Positions 18,890-26,394 of a DNA stretch of 64,000 nucleotides are shown piece after piece; position 1 is the stretch's first letter, and each line of letters opens with the position of its first letter. The notes under the pieces are model-generated. The model was given only the letters and a program-made list of their open reading frames with translations, was not told the DNA's origin and did not search any database. The DNA is from Chthoniobacter flavus. GTDB lineage: Bacteria; Verrucomicrobiota; Verrucomicrobiia; Chthoniobacterales; JACTMZ01. The translations under genes and the position numbers were made by a program. The DNA is taken from NCBI GenBank assembly GCA_945878135.1, contig CAMDUL010000007.1:31598-95597 (forward strand). The letters run 5' to 3'.

Positions 18890-19621
18890 ATGTCGAACCG
18901 GCGAGCGATCACGCTGACTTTCGCGGCTTTCGCGGTGTTCCATCCGGCGGCGGCGCAGGATGAAGCGCAGCCTTTGCCTCCGGTCGTTCCCGAGGAGACA
19001 CCGGCCGCGACGGCCTCCCCGAACCCGGACGCTGCCGCGGCGGAAGCCCCGAGCGCCGAGTTGATCATCGACGCCGAGGAAGAGGTGCTCGAGGAGCCGG
19101 CCATGGAGCCCGGCGAGCAGCCCTTGCCGCCCATGGACGGCGACGGGGCTTTGCCCGGCGAGGAAAACATTTTCGGCGCGGACCTTTTCGGCGGCCCGGA
19201 CATGTTCATGCCGCCCATGCCGGATATCCCGGAGGTGCCGCCGATGATCGAGGACCCGAAGGAACTCGAGCGCAAGATGCGGGTCAAACTGCGGCGGATC
19301 AAAGCCCGTCTCGGGCAGGACCCGCAACTGATGGAATTGCAGGCCATGGCGCAGCGCGCCCCGACCCCCGAGGACCATCGCGCCGCCCGCCGCGCCTACT
19401 ACGCGCTCTTCTTCGAAAAAGTGCGCAAGGCCGATCCGGCCCTCGCGGACTTCGCCGACAAAACGGAGCAAGGTTCGCTCGCGGGCCTCTACCAGACACG
19501 CATCGAGCCGACCCTCGCGCTGAATCCCCCGCCGCAACCGCAACCGCAGGAAAGATTCATCCCGCGTCAGCAATTCCCCGACGTCCTGGCCTTGGACGAG
19601 GAAGCCATCCCGCTTCCCTGA
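18890..19621 (+). CDS. secreted acidic Pro/Glu-rich protein of unknown function
   Basis: 243 aa. Signal peptide (ITLTFAAFAVFHPAAAQ), a Pro/Glu/Ala-rich N-half and a helical C-half. GC3-rich codon usage. Confidence 0.6.
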   Translation: MSNRRAITLTFAAFAVFHPAAAQDEAQPLPPVVPEETPAATASPNPDAAAAEAPSAELIIDAEEEVLEEPAMEPGEQPLPPMDGDGALPGEENIFGADLFGGPDMFMPPMPDIPEVPPMIEDPKELERKMRVKLRRIKARLGQDPQLMELQAMAQRAPTPEDHRAARRAYYALFFEKVRKADPALADFADKTEQGSLAGLYQTRIEPTLALNPPPQPQPQERFIPRQQFPDVLALDEEAIPLP

Positions 19622-19627
19622 CTTCAT

Positions 19628-20416
19628 TCACACTCCGACGATCGCGGGCAATTCACCGAGCGATGAGATCGTGTGGTCCGGTTCGACCAAGCCGACCGGC
19701 TCCTCCTCGCCTTCGAGCGCCAGCCAGCAAGTCGCGACTCCGGCCCGTTTGCCCCCGGCGATATCGCGGGCCAGCGAGTTGCCGACCATGAGCGCTTCGG
19801 CCGGCGAAACACCGAGGCGGGCGAGCAAGTGGTGGAAAATCCCCGGTTCGGGCTTGCCGGTGCCGACTTCACCGGAGACCACAGCCGCGTCGAAATACAG
19901 GCCGAGCCCGGAGGTCTCGATTTTTTCGCGCTGCAGGCTGGCCGCGCCGTTGGTGAGCAAACCGAGGCGGACGCCGGCCGAGCGCAAACGTTGCAAAACC
20001 ACTTCCGCGCCGGGCAGCGGATCCTGCAATTCGCGGCGCCGGCGGGCGAAGAGCGCACCGAGATCCGCGGCCAAACGGTCGTCATCGATTCCTTCCGCGG
20101 CCAGGGCACGGCGCCAGATTTCGACGCGGAACTGCGGGGTCCACTCGCGCAGGTGGCGCAAATAGTCCTCCTCCCCGTGGAAGTGACCCCACATGCCCTC
20201 CAGGGCCACGATGCCCAGCGCGTCGCAGCGGTCGACCGGTGCGCGGGCGCGCCACAACTCATCGGACACGCTTTTCGCCGCAACGGCCAGTCGCCCCGCG
20301 TCGGCTCGCGTCCGCGCCGCCCCTTCGGCCGCCGTCTCCAGCAAGGCCTGACGCGAAAGCCGCTCGTCCCAGATGAGCGTATCGTCGAGATCGAAGAGGA
20401 CCGCGCGGAATTTCAT
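19628..20416 (-). CDS. HAD superfamily hydrolase
   Basis: ATG 20416 gives MKFRAVLFDLDDTL (HAD motif I), with LLTNG and VGNSLARDIAGG (motifs II-III). The ORF track start at 20428 is a TTG. Confidence 0.8.
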   Translation of the reverse strand: MKFRAVLFDLDDTLIWDERLSRQALLETAAEGAARTRADAGRLAVAAKSVSDELWRARAPVDRCDALGIVALEGMWGHFHGEEDYLRHLREWTPQFRVEIWRRALAAEGIDDDRLAADLGALFARRRRELQDPLPGAEVVLQRLRSAGVRLGLLTNGAASLQREKIETSGLGLYFDAAVVSGEVGTGKPEPGIFHHLLARLGVSPAEALMVGNSLARDIAGGKRAGVATCWLALEGEEEPVGLVEPDHTISSLGELPAIVGV

Positions 20417-20424
20417 GAAGTCAG

Positions 20425-20991
20425 TCAAACCCGCTCGTAGAGCCGGAGCAACTCCCGTCCGCGCCTCTCGGGGAAAGTCGGGATCTCCCGGGACTCGTCG
20501 AGCAGGCGGAAGTCTTGCCCGAAGAGGGCGTCGAGTTCCTCCCGCGTGCAGCCGAAAGGCGGCCCGCCTCCTTCGTTATCCGGATCGGTGAAAAACACGG
20601 CGAGCAGACGTCCGCCCGGTTTGATCGCCGCCGCCGCGGACCGGACGTAATCGGCGCGACGGGCCGGGTCGATGGCGCAGAAGCACGTATGCTCGAACAG
20701 GCCGTCGAAGACCGCGCCGGCGGCGGGCGCGAAAAAATCCCCGAGCACGTAGGTCTCGTCGGCCACTTTATCATAATCACGGGCACGGCCGATGGCGAGC
20801 GGGGCGATATCGAGCCCCGTGACCGACAGGCCGAGCCGGGCCAGCTCCCGCACGTCATGACCCGTGCCGCAACCGGGCACGAGGACGCGTCCGCGCAAGG
20901 CGCCGTGCGTGAGCATGTCGCGGAGCACGGGATGGGCCCCGCCTTTGTCCCACGGCGTGTCGTCGTCCGCGTAACGGCTGTTCCAGTCCAT
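20425..20991 (-). CDS. thiopurine S-methyltransferase-like SAM-dependent methyltransferase
   Basis: 188 aa. W.....TPW N-terminus, VLVPGCGTGHD SAM motif and GGPPF motif, as in TPMT/halide methyltransferases. Confidence 0.78.
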   Translation of the reverse strand: MDWNSRYADDDTPWDKGGAHPVLRDMLTHGALRGRVLVPGCGTGHDVRELARLGLSVTGLDIAPLAIGRARDYDKVADETYVLGDFFAPAAGAVFDGLFEHTCFCAIDPARRADYVRSAAAAIKPGGRLLAVFFTDPDNEGGGPPFGCTREELDALFGQDFRLLDESREIPTFPERRGRELLRLYERV

Positions 20992-20997
20992 CGCGGA

Positions 20998-21459
20998 TCA
21001 GCGCGAGAGGTCGGTCTGCCGAAGCAGGCGGAAATTCCGCCCCTCCAGCACGGCGCTGGCGCACTCGAGGTCGTCGGTGTGGATGGCGACGAGCGGACGG
21101 CCCCGCGGACGCACGAGCAGCGTGTAGCTGAAGAGGATGTTCACTTCCGCCTCGAGCAAGGCGGCGAGCAGGCGCGGCAGGTCGGAGGCGCCTTCCTCCA
21201 ATTCCGCCACGACCACCTCGCAGACCCCGAAAGCGATGTCGTTGCGGTCGAAAAGTTCCTCCAGCAGGTCGGGATCGCTCACGATGATGCGCGCGATGGA
21301 GGTTTCCGAGGAATCCTGGATGCTGAGCGCGAGCACGACGACGCGGGCCGCGTTGAGCATTTTGACCACCTCCATGAGCGCGCCGACGCGGTTGGTCAGG
21401 AAGACGGAATACTGGCGCACGGCGGGGCCCTGCAGTTTTTCGGTGGTGGCCGTGGTCAT
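20998..21459 (-). CDS. tandem ACT-domain protein
   Basis: Internal ATG 21459 of ORF 20998..21747 (153 aa). There are two beta-alpha-beta-beta-alpha-beta-like halves (YSVFLTNRVGALMEVVKML... and VVVAELEEGASDLPRLLAALLEAEVNI...). Confidence 0.65.
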   Translation of the reverse strand: MTTATTEKLQGPAVRQYSVFLTNRVGALMEVVKMLNAARVVVLALSIQDSSETSIARIIVSDPDLLEELFDRNDIAFGVCEVVVAELEEGASDLPRLLAALLEAEVNILFSYTLLVRPRGRPLVAIHTDDLECASAVLEGRNFRLLRQTDLSR

Positions 21460-21467
21460 GGGACGGG

Positions 21468-21929
21468 TTACTTGAAAAGGTAGAGGAGACAGAAATCCGC
21501 CGCCGGACCGCGGGACGTCTCGATTTCCACAACATAGCGCCCGGTGGAGGCGGCTGTCACGCCGGCAGCGGAGAGCCCGGGACCCTCGTGCGCCAGCACC
21601 CGGACGGCCTCGCCCTGCGGATCGTAGAGCATGATGGACGGACGATCCCCCGGCGCATCCGCGGCGGCGCAGAACCAGTATTGGTTGCCGGCGAAAAGAT
21701 TGACCGCGAGGCGGCGCGGGCGGCCGGGTTCGAGGCGGCCGGACCAATAGCCGTCGCGCAGGCGGAAGCCGTCGTTGGCCAGCGCTCCTCCGAATTCCAG
21801 CAGGCGTGCGCGCAAGGACGGGGCCGATTCGGGCTTGGACGGGGAAGAAGGCGCCTCGTCTTGCGCCCGGCCCGTGCCCGCGAGGAGCAAACCGAGGAGA
21901 AGAAGTCTCAGGCCGCGTTTCATGGTCAT
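21468..21929 (-). CDS. secreted beta-rich protein of unknown function (module copy 2, small subunit)
   Basis: ATG 21929 overlaps the upstream stop (ATGA); ATG 21923 is an alternative. Signal peptide MKRGLRLLLLGLLLAGTGRAQ. Paralog of 12949..13401. Confidence 0.7.
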   Translation of the reverse strand: MTMKRGLRLLLLGLLLAGTGRAQDEAPSSPSKPESAPSLRARLLEFGGALANDGFRLRDGYWSGRLEPGRPRRLAVNLFAGNQYWFCAAADAPGDRPSIMLYDPQGEAVRVLAHEGPGLSAAGVTAASTGRYVVEIETSRGPAADFCLLYLFK

Positions 21930-22711
21930 TTGGATCCGAGTTGCATCAGGAGTTCGGCGCAAGCGGCCTGGATGGCCCCGGCCTGCTCGAGATCCGGCAA
22001 GCCCCCGCCGTCGACAGTCATCAGCTCCCCGACCGAGGCGAAAGCGTTGCCCACCCGCTCCACCACGGGCCCGGTGCGGACTTTCTCCGGAAGGTCGCGC
22101 AATAGACCGTGAAGATAAGCGATCAGCTCTTTCTGTCCGAGCAAGGAAGCGGCGGAAGGTTCGCCGGACAATTCCGCGGCGCGGCCGCCCGCCTGGAGCG
22201 ATCGCATCCAGGCCCCGGCGAGGATGAGCGAGGACAGAGCCTCGTCGCGCTGGTCGGCCATGGCGCGGCGCACCTCGTTAGTCGTGGCTTCCAATTCCTC
22301 GCGCAGGGCGAACCAATCATTCTTGTCGGCAAAGTCGCTGATGCTCTTGCCGCGCGCCAACACGTTCTCGCCGACACCGAGGGCGCGGGCCAGCGCGACA
22401 ATGTCCTTGCCGGTGTTCTTGACCTGCTGGCCGTCCTGCGCTTCGACCGCGATATAGCCGTCCGCCACGAGCGCCCCGAGGTTGAACGCGGTCTGCGGGC
22501 GCGTCGGAAAACTCGTCGGGCCGGGGTCGCGGTAAAAGGCGGCCCAGTCCGGACGCGATACCTTGTCGATCGCGCCGAAAAATTCCGCCGGGGTGGGCAC
22601 CGTGACCGCGGGCAGGCTCTCGGCCTTGGCCCGCTGCGATTCGGTCAGCGCGGCGAGGCCCGCCGCCGGAACGAGGACGGCCAGCAGCAGCAAAGCCGCG
22701 GTGTTGCTCAT
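21926..22711 (-). CDS. secreted helical protein of unknown function (module copy 2, large subunit)
   Basis: Internal ATG 22711 of ORF 21926..22819 gives the signal peptide MSNTAALLLLAVLVPAAGLAA. ATGA overlap with the upstream Cys-rich peptide gene. Paralog of 12128..12952. Confidence 0.7.
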   Translation of the reverse strand: MSNTAALLLLAVLVPAAGLAALTESQRAKAESLPAVTVPTPAEFFGAIDKVSRPDWAAFYRDPGPTSFPTRPQTAFNLGALVADGYIAVEAQDGQQVKNTGKDIVALARALGVGENVLARGKSISDFADKNDWFALREELEATTNEVRRAMADQRDEALSSLILAGAWMRSLQAGGRAAELSGEPSAASLLGQKELIAYLHGLLRDLPEKVRTGPVVERVGNAFASVGELMTVDGGGLPDLEQAGAIQAACAELLMQLGSK

Positions 22712-22887
22712 GGCCTGCAAATAGAATCCCGGTCCTTCCCGGCGGCGAGCCGGATTTTGGGCGCGACCGACGGACACCCGCCGCAACAGCCGCGGGATCC
22801 CTTCCACCGCCGCCAGCACCGCCGGGCCAGATAAGCGGCTGAGCCTCCGACCGCGAGACCGACCAGGATGATTTCCGCCGTGCTCAT
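22708..22887 (-). CDS. FeoB-associated Cys-rich membrane peptide
   Basis: 59 aa: MSTAEIILVGLAVGGSAAYLARRCWRRWKGSRGCCGGCPS.... It has one TM helix, then a basic stretch and a CCGGC cluster, as in the small peptides found after feoB. ATG 22887 overlaps the feoB stop (ATGA). Confidence 0.7.
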   Translation of the reverse strand: MSTAEIILVGLAVGGSAAYLARRCWRRWKGSRGCCGGCPSVAPKIRLAAGKDRDSICRP

Positions 22888-25046
22888 CCGCCCAACCAAC
22901 GCGTGCCGAGCTGATAGGTCAAGACCGCTCCCAGCCACGCAAGCAACGTCATGTAAACAAATCCGAACACGGCCCAGCCCCAGTTGGCTTCCTTGGCCAT
23001 GACAGCCACCGTGGCGCCGCACTGCAGGCAGAGGGCGAAGAAGACCATGACAGCCAGCGCGACCGGAACGGTGAAGACCGGTTGTCCGGCCCGGTCGCCA
23101 TGCGTCCAAAGATCCCGCCCCAGCGCGAAGCGGAGGTCGCCCGACCCGGCGTCGACCTCCCGCCCGATGCCGTAGATGGTGCCGAGCGTGGCGATGATGA
23201 CTTCGCGGGCCGGAAAACTGGCCAGCACGCCGACGGTGATTTTCCAATCGAATCCGGCCGGTGCGAAAACCGGTTGCACGGCGCGACCGGCCCGCGCGAG
23301 GAGGCTTTGTTCGAGGTAAGCCGCCTCGACCGCGTGTTCAACCGCGGACGGATCGTTCAAGGCGGACAAAGCCGCGACCGTCCGCTCGCGCACTTCCGGC
23401 GGCCGCGGGAAATAAACGAGCGCCCAAATGATGACGGTCATGGCGAGGATGACCGTCCCCGCGCGCACCAGGAACTCGCGGGCCCGCTCCCACAGGCGCC
23501 AGAGGATGTCGCGCAAACGCGGGCGGCGGTAGGGAGGCATTTCGAGGAGAAAGGGTTGGGTGCGCGTGCGGAGCACGAACCTGTTCAGGCTCCAGGCCAC
23601 GGGCACAGCCACGACGAGTCCGAGGAGATGCGCGGCGAAGAGCACGGCGCCGGCGACCACGGCCCCGTGGGACGGCTCGATGAACGCGCCGATCATCAAG
23701 GTGTAGACCGGCAAGCGGGCCGAGCAACTCATCAACGGCGAAACAAGAACGGTGGTCAACCGCGCGCGTGGGTCCTCGATCGTGCGCGCGGCGAGGATGC
23801 CCGGAACGGCGCACGCGTAGCTCGAGAGCATGGGGACGAAACTTTTCCCGTTCAGGCCGCACCAGCCGAACATTTTATCCATGAGAAACGCGCCGCGGGC
23901 CATGTAACCGGTGTCTTCGAGCAGGGCGATGAAGAAGAACAAGACGAGAATCTGCGGGAGGAAAACGAGAACCCCGCCGACCCCGACGACCAGTCCGTCG
24001 ACGACAAGGCTCTGCACCGCGGGCCACGCCGCCAACCATGGGGCGACCCTCTCCTGCACCGCCGCCACGGTGACCTCGATGAGTTCCATGACCGGACCGG
24101 CCCACGCGTAGATTGACTGGAAGACGAGGAACATCAGCAGCGCGAAAATGAGCAGGCCCCACACGCGGTGGGTCAGCACGGCGTCGATCCGCTCGGTCCG
24201 CGTCCGGCGGCGCTTTTCCGGGAAACGCACGGCATCGGCCGTGACGTGTCCAAGGTGCTCGTAACGCAGAAGCGCTTCGGCCGGGACCGGTTGCAGGCCC
24301 GCGGCGGAGAGGATGTCGCGCGCTGCGGAGAGCAACGGTTGCGGATCGGCCTCCGGCGGCCAGCCGGCACGCTCGAGCACGGCGCTGCGCTGGTCGAAGA
24401 GAATGCGGCGCAACTCGCCGGGTTCAAGAGGTGCGACACCTTCTTTCTCCAGACCGTCGGCAAGGTAATGCACCGCGCGTTGCACCGCCTCGGGCCACGG
24501 CACCTGCGCCATGAGCAAACGGCCGTCGACCGCGCGGAGCACCGCTTTTTCCAGCGCGCCAGACCCCTCGCCCCTCGTAGCCACGGTCCGCACCACCGGC
24601 ACTCCGAGGTGACGGGCCAGCAGTGCCGCGTCGATGTGGATGCCGGTCTGCTCGGCGGCGTCGGACATGTTGAGGGCGATGACCAGGGGCAGTCCGAGAT
24701 CGGCCACCTGCGAGGCGAGGAAAAGGTTCCGCACGATGTTGGACGCGTCGACCACGCAGATGACCGCGTCGGGCCGGGCCTCGCCGGCGAGGTGTCCGGT
24801 GAGAAAATCCAGCGCCACGCGTTCGTCCGGCGACGAGGCCGCGAGACTGTAGGCCCCGGGGAGATCGACCAGCGTGGCGGCGCGGCCGCCGGGATGCCAC
24901 GCCCCGTATTTTTTCTCCACCGTGACCCCGGGATAGTTGCCGATTTTCTGGCGCGATCCGGTCAGACGATTGAAGAGCGTGGTCTTGCCCGTGTTGGGGT
25001 TGCCGACCAGGGCAATGCGCAAAGGACGGGAATCCGGCCGGCTCAT
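22884..25046 (-). CDS. feoB: ferrous iron transporter FeoB
   Basis: 720 aa. N-terminal G-domain (GNPNTGKTTLFNRLTG, DLPGAYSL) followed by a polytopic membrane domain. Confidence 0.96.
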   Translation of the reverse strand: MSRPDSRPLRIALVGNPNTGKTTLFNRLTGSRQKIGNYPGVTVEKKYGAWHPGGRAATLVDLPGAYSLAASSPDERVALDFLTGHLAGEARPDAVICVVDASNIVRNLFLASQVADLGLPLVIALNMSDAAEQTGIHIDAALLARHLGVPVVRTVATRGEGSGALEKAVLRAVDGRLLMAQVPWPEAVQRAVHYLADGLEKEGVAPLEPGELRRILFDQRSAVLERAGWPPEADPQPLLSAARDILSAAGLQPVPAEALLRYEHLGHVTADAVRFPEKRRRTRTERIDAVLTHRVWGLLIFALLMFLVFQSIYAWAGPVMELIEVTVAAVQERVAPWLAAWPAVQSLVVDGLVVGVGGVLVFLPQILVLFFFIALLEDTGYMARGAFLMDKMFGWCGLNGKSFVPMLSSYACAVPGILAARTIEDPRARLTTVLVSPLMSCSARLPVYTLMIGAFIEPSHGAVVAGAVLFAAHLLGLVVAVPVAWSLNRFVLRTRTQPFLLEMPPYRRPRLRDILWRLWERAREFLVRAGTVILAMTVIIWALVYFPRPPEVRERTVAALSALNDPSAVEHAVEAAYLEQSLLARAGRAVQPVFAPAGFDWKITVGVLASFPAREVIIATLGTIYGIGREVDAGSGDLRFALGRDLWTHGDRAGQPVFTVPVALAVMVFFALCLQCGATVAVMAKEANWGWAVFGFVYMTLLAWLGAVLTYQLGTRWLGG

Positions 25047-25291
25047 CGGGCGGTGAACGGTTCCACGCGCACGGCCGCGGCGTCGGCTTTGCGCAGACTC
25101 AGTCGCATGCCGAGGAACTCCACCTCGACGGGATCCCCCAGCGGCGCGACCCGCACCACGGTGATCTCCGTGCCGGGCAAGAGTCCCAGGGCGAGCAATC
25201 GCGGAACGGCGGGATGTCCATCCTCGCCGGATTGCACGCGACCGCGTTCACCGGGCGGCAGCGCGGCCAGCGAAATCACGGCTTCACTCAT
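25043..25291 (-). CDS. feoA: FeoA family protein
   Basis: Internal ATG 25291 of ORF 25043..25501 (82 aa). SH3-like FeoA pattern: LAALPPGERGRV...RLLALGLLPGTEITVVRVAPLGDPVEVEF. ATGA overlap with feoB. Confidence 0.85.
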   Translation of the reverse strand: MSEAVISLAALPPGERGRVQSGEDGHPAVPRLLALGLLPGTEITVVRVAPLGDPVEVEFLGMRLSLRKADAAAVRVEPFTAR

Positions 25292-25559
25292 CGCGCACCG
25301 CGCGCCGGGCACGAACTTCCGCCTCGCGCAGGGCGCAGACCCGGACACAGCCCAGCATGCAACGGCGCAAGGCCACACAACCGTTCCGGCAGCGGACCAT
25401 GACCGGATCGCGGCCGGAAAGGATTTCCACCTCCGCCCCCTCATGGAAGCCGGCGCGCCGCAGGTATGGAGCCCACTCGCTCGTGTCGTCCACCGAGACA
25501 ACCAGCTTACTCACGCGACGGGGACTTTCCTCAAGAGTCATGACGGGCTGGAATTGCAT
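25284..25559 (-). CDS. second FeoA-like protein
   Basis: 91 aa. A divergent FeoA-like core (VVSVDDTSEWAPYLRRAGFHEGAEVEILSGRDPVMVRCRNGCVAL) with an 8-nt overlap with feoA. ATG 25541 is an alternative start. Confidence 0.55.
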   Translation of the reverse strand: MQFQPVMTLEESPRRVSKLVVSVDDTSEWAPYLRRAGFHEGAEVEILSGRDPVMVRCRNGCVALRRCMLGCVRVCALREAEVRARRAVRDE

Positions 25560-25570
25560 AGGGACCGTTC

Positions 25571-25587
25571 TTGAGACTTAGTCTCAA
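25571..25587. promoter_or_regulatory. perfect 8-1-8 (7-1-7 core) palindrome, candidate metalloregulator operator for the feo operon
   Basis: TTGAGACT-T-AGTCTCAA is AT-rich relative to its surroundings. It lies 12 nt upstream of ATG 25559 (30 nt upstream of ATG 25541). On the coding strand it overlaps a possible -10 (TAAGTC) placed 17 nt after TTGCCT. Confidence 0.4.
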
Positions 25588-25685
25588 TCTGGGCTTTAGG
25601 CAAGAGAAGTCCCGTTGGTGCCTCTCAAAAAACGATGAGGAACCTGGGGAGGACTTGCTGGAGGGTTCGGAGAGGGGTCTTGGGC

Positions 25686-26288
25686 CTACTGGCTGTCCCC
25701 GCCGCCGCTGCCACCGCCACCACCACCGCCGCCACTGCCGCCGCCGCTATCGCCGCCACCACTCTCGCCGCCACCGCCACCGGTGCCGCCGCCAAAACCA
25801 CCGGGAAGGGGCACGCCGCCGCCTGTGGTTCCAACCCCGCCGCCACCGTCAGAACCACCGGCCGAACCATCGGTGCCTGTGAGCAAACCTATTCCGGGAA
25901 CCGCCGTGAGCAGCGCGGTGTCGATCTGGGAGGCCAAGGCAGGGTTGGCCTGCTTGGCCGCATCGCCGATGCGCTGGGCCAATTCCTCAATGGTGCCCTG
26001 CGGATCGGGCCTTTGGTCGGCCGATTGCTTGCCATCGTAGGAGGCCAGGGAAGGAAAGCGCTGGGTGGCCTTGGCGGCGTTCAGCGCGTCCACGGCAACT
26101 TGCAGCGCTTGGTCCGGGTTTTGCTGAGCGGCCTGAAAAACCGCTTCAGCAATCTGGTCCGTGGTCGCGTTCGACCAATCGACTCCCGAAGGGAAGGCTA
26201 ATGTGGTTGGAACTTGTTGGGCCAGAGATGGATACGAAGAGAGAACAAGACCGATTGAGGTGAGAAGCGCGAGGAGAAGGGTTTTCAT
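25686..26288 (-). CDS. secreted protein with C-terminal poly-Gly/Ser/Asp tail
   Basis: 200 aa. Signal peptide (MKTLLLALLTSIGLVLSSYPSLAQ), a helical Ala/Gln-rich core and a ~60-aa Gly-rich tail. Confidence 0.6.
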   Translation of the reverse strand: MKTLLLALLTSIGLVLSSYPSLAQQVPTTLAFPSGVDWSNATTDQIAEAVFQAAQQNPDQALQVAVDALNAAKATQRFPSLASYDGKQSADQRPDPQGTIEELAQRIGDAAKQANPALASQIDTALLTAVPGIGLLTGTDGSAGGSDGGGGVGTTGGGVPLPGGFGGGTGGGGGESGGGDSGGGSGGGGGGGGSGGGDSQ

Positions 26289-26352
26289 GGGGAGCGTATA
26301 ATAAGGTTTCGTGACGAAACACTAAGCACGGTCGAGGGCCCGCGCAAGAACG

Positions 26353-26390
26353 AAAAAAGGCCGGGACCAAGAGAACCAAGCATCCGGTCC
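26353..26390 (-). terminator. candidate intrinsic terminator downstream of rho
   Basis: On the minus strand: GGaCCGG - 19-nt loop - CCGGCC followed directly by TTTTTT, 4 nt after the rho stop. The stem is short (6 bp with a bulge). Confidence 0.4.
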
Positions 26391-26394
26391 CACG

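Noticed and set aside
25686-25877. Repetitive GGC/GCC-rich DNA, considered as a CRISPR array or tandem repeat
   Set aside because: It is an in-frame Gly-rich coding tail with no repeat-spacer periodicity. No cas genes are in the window.
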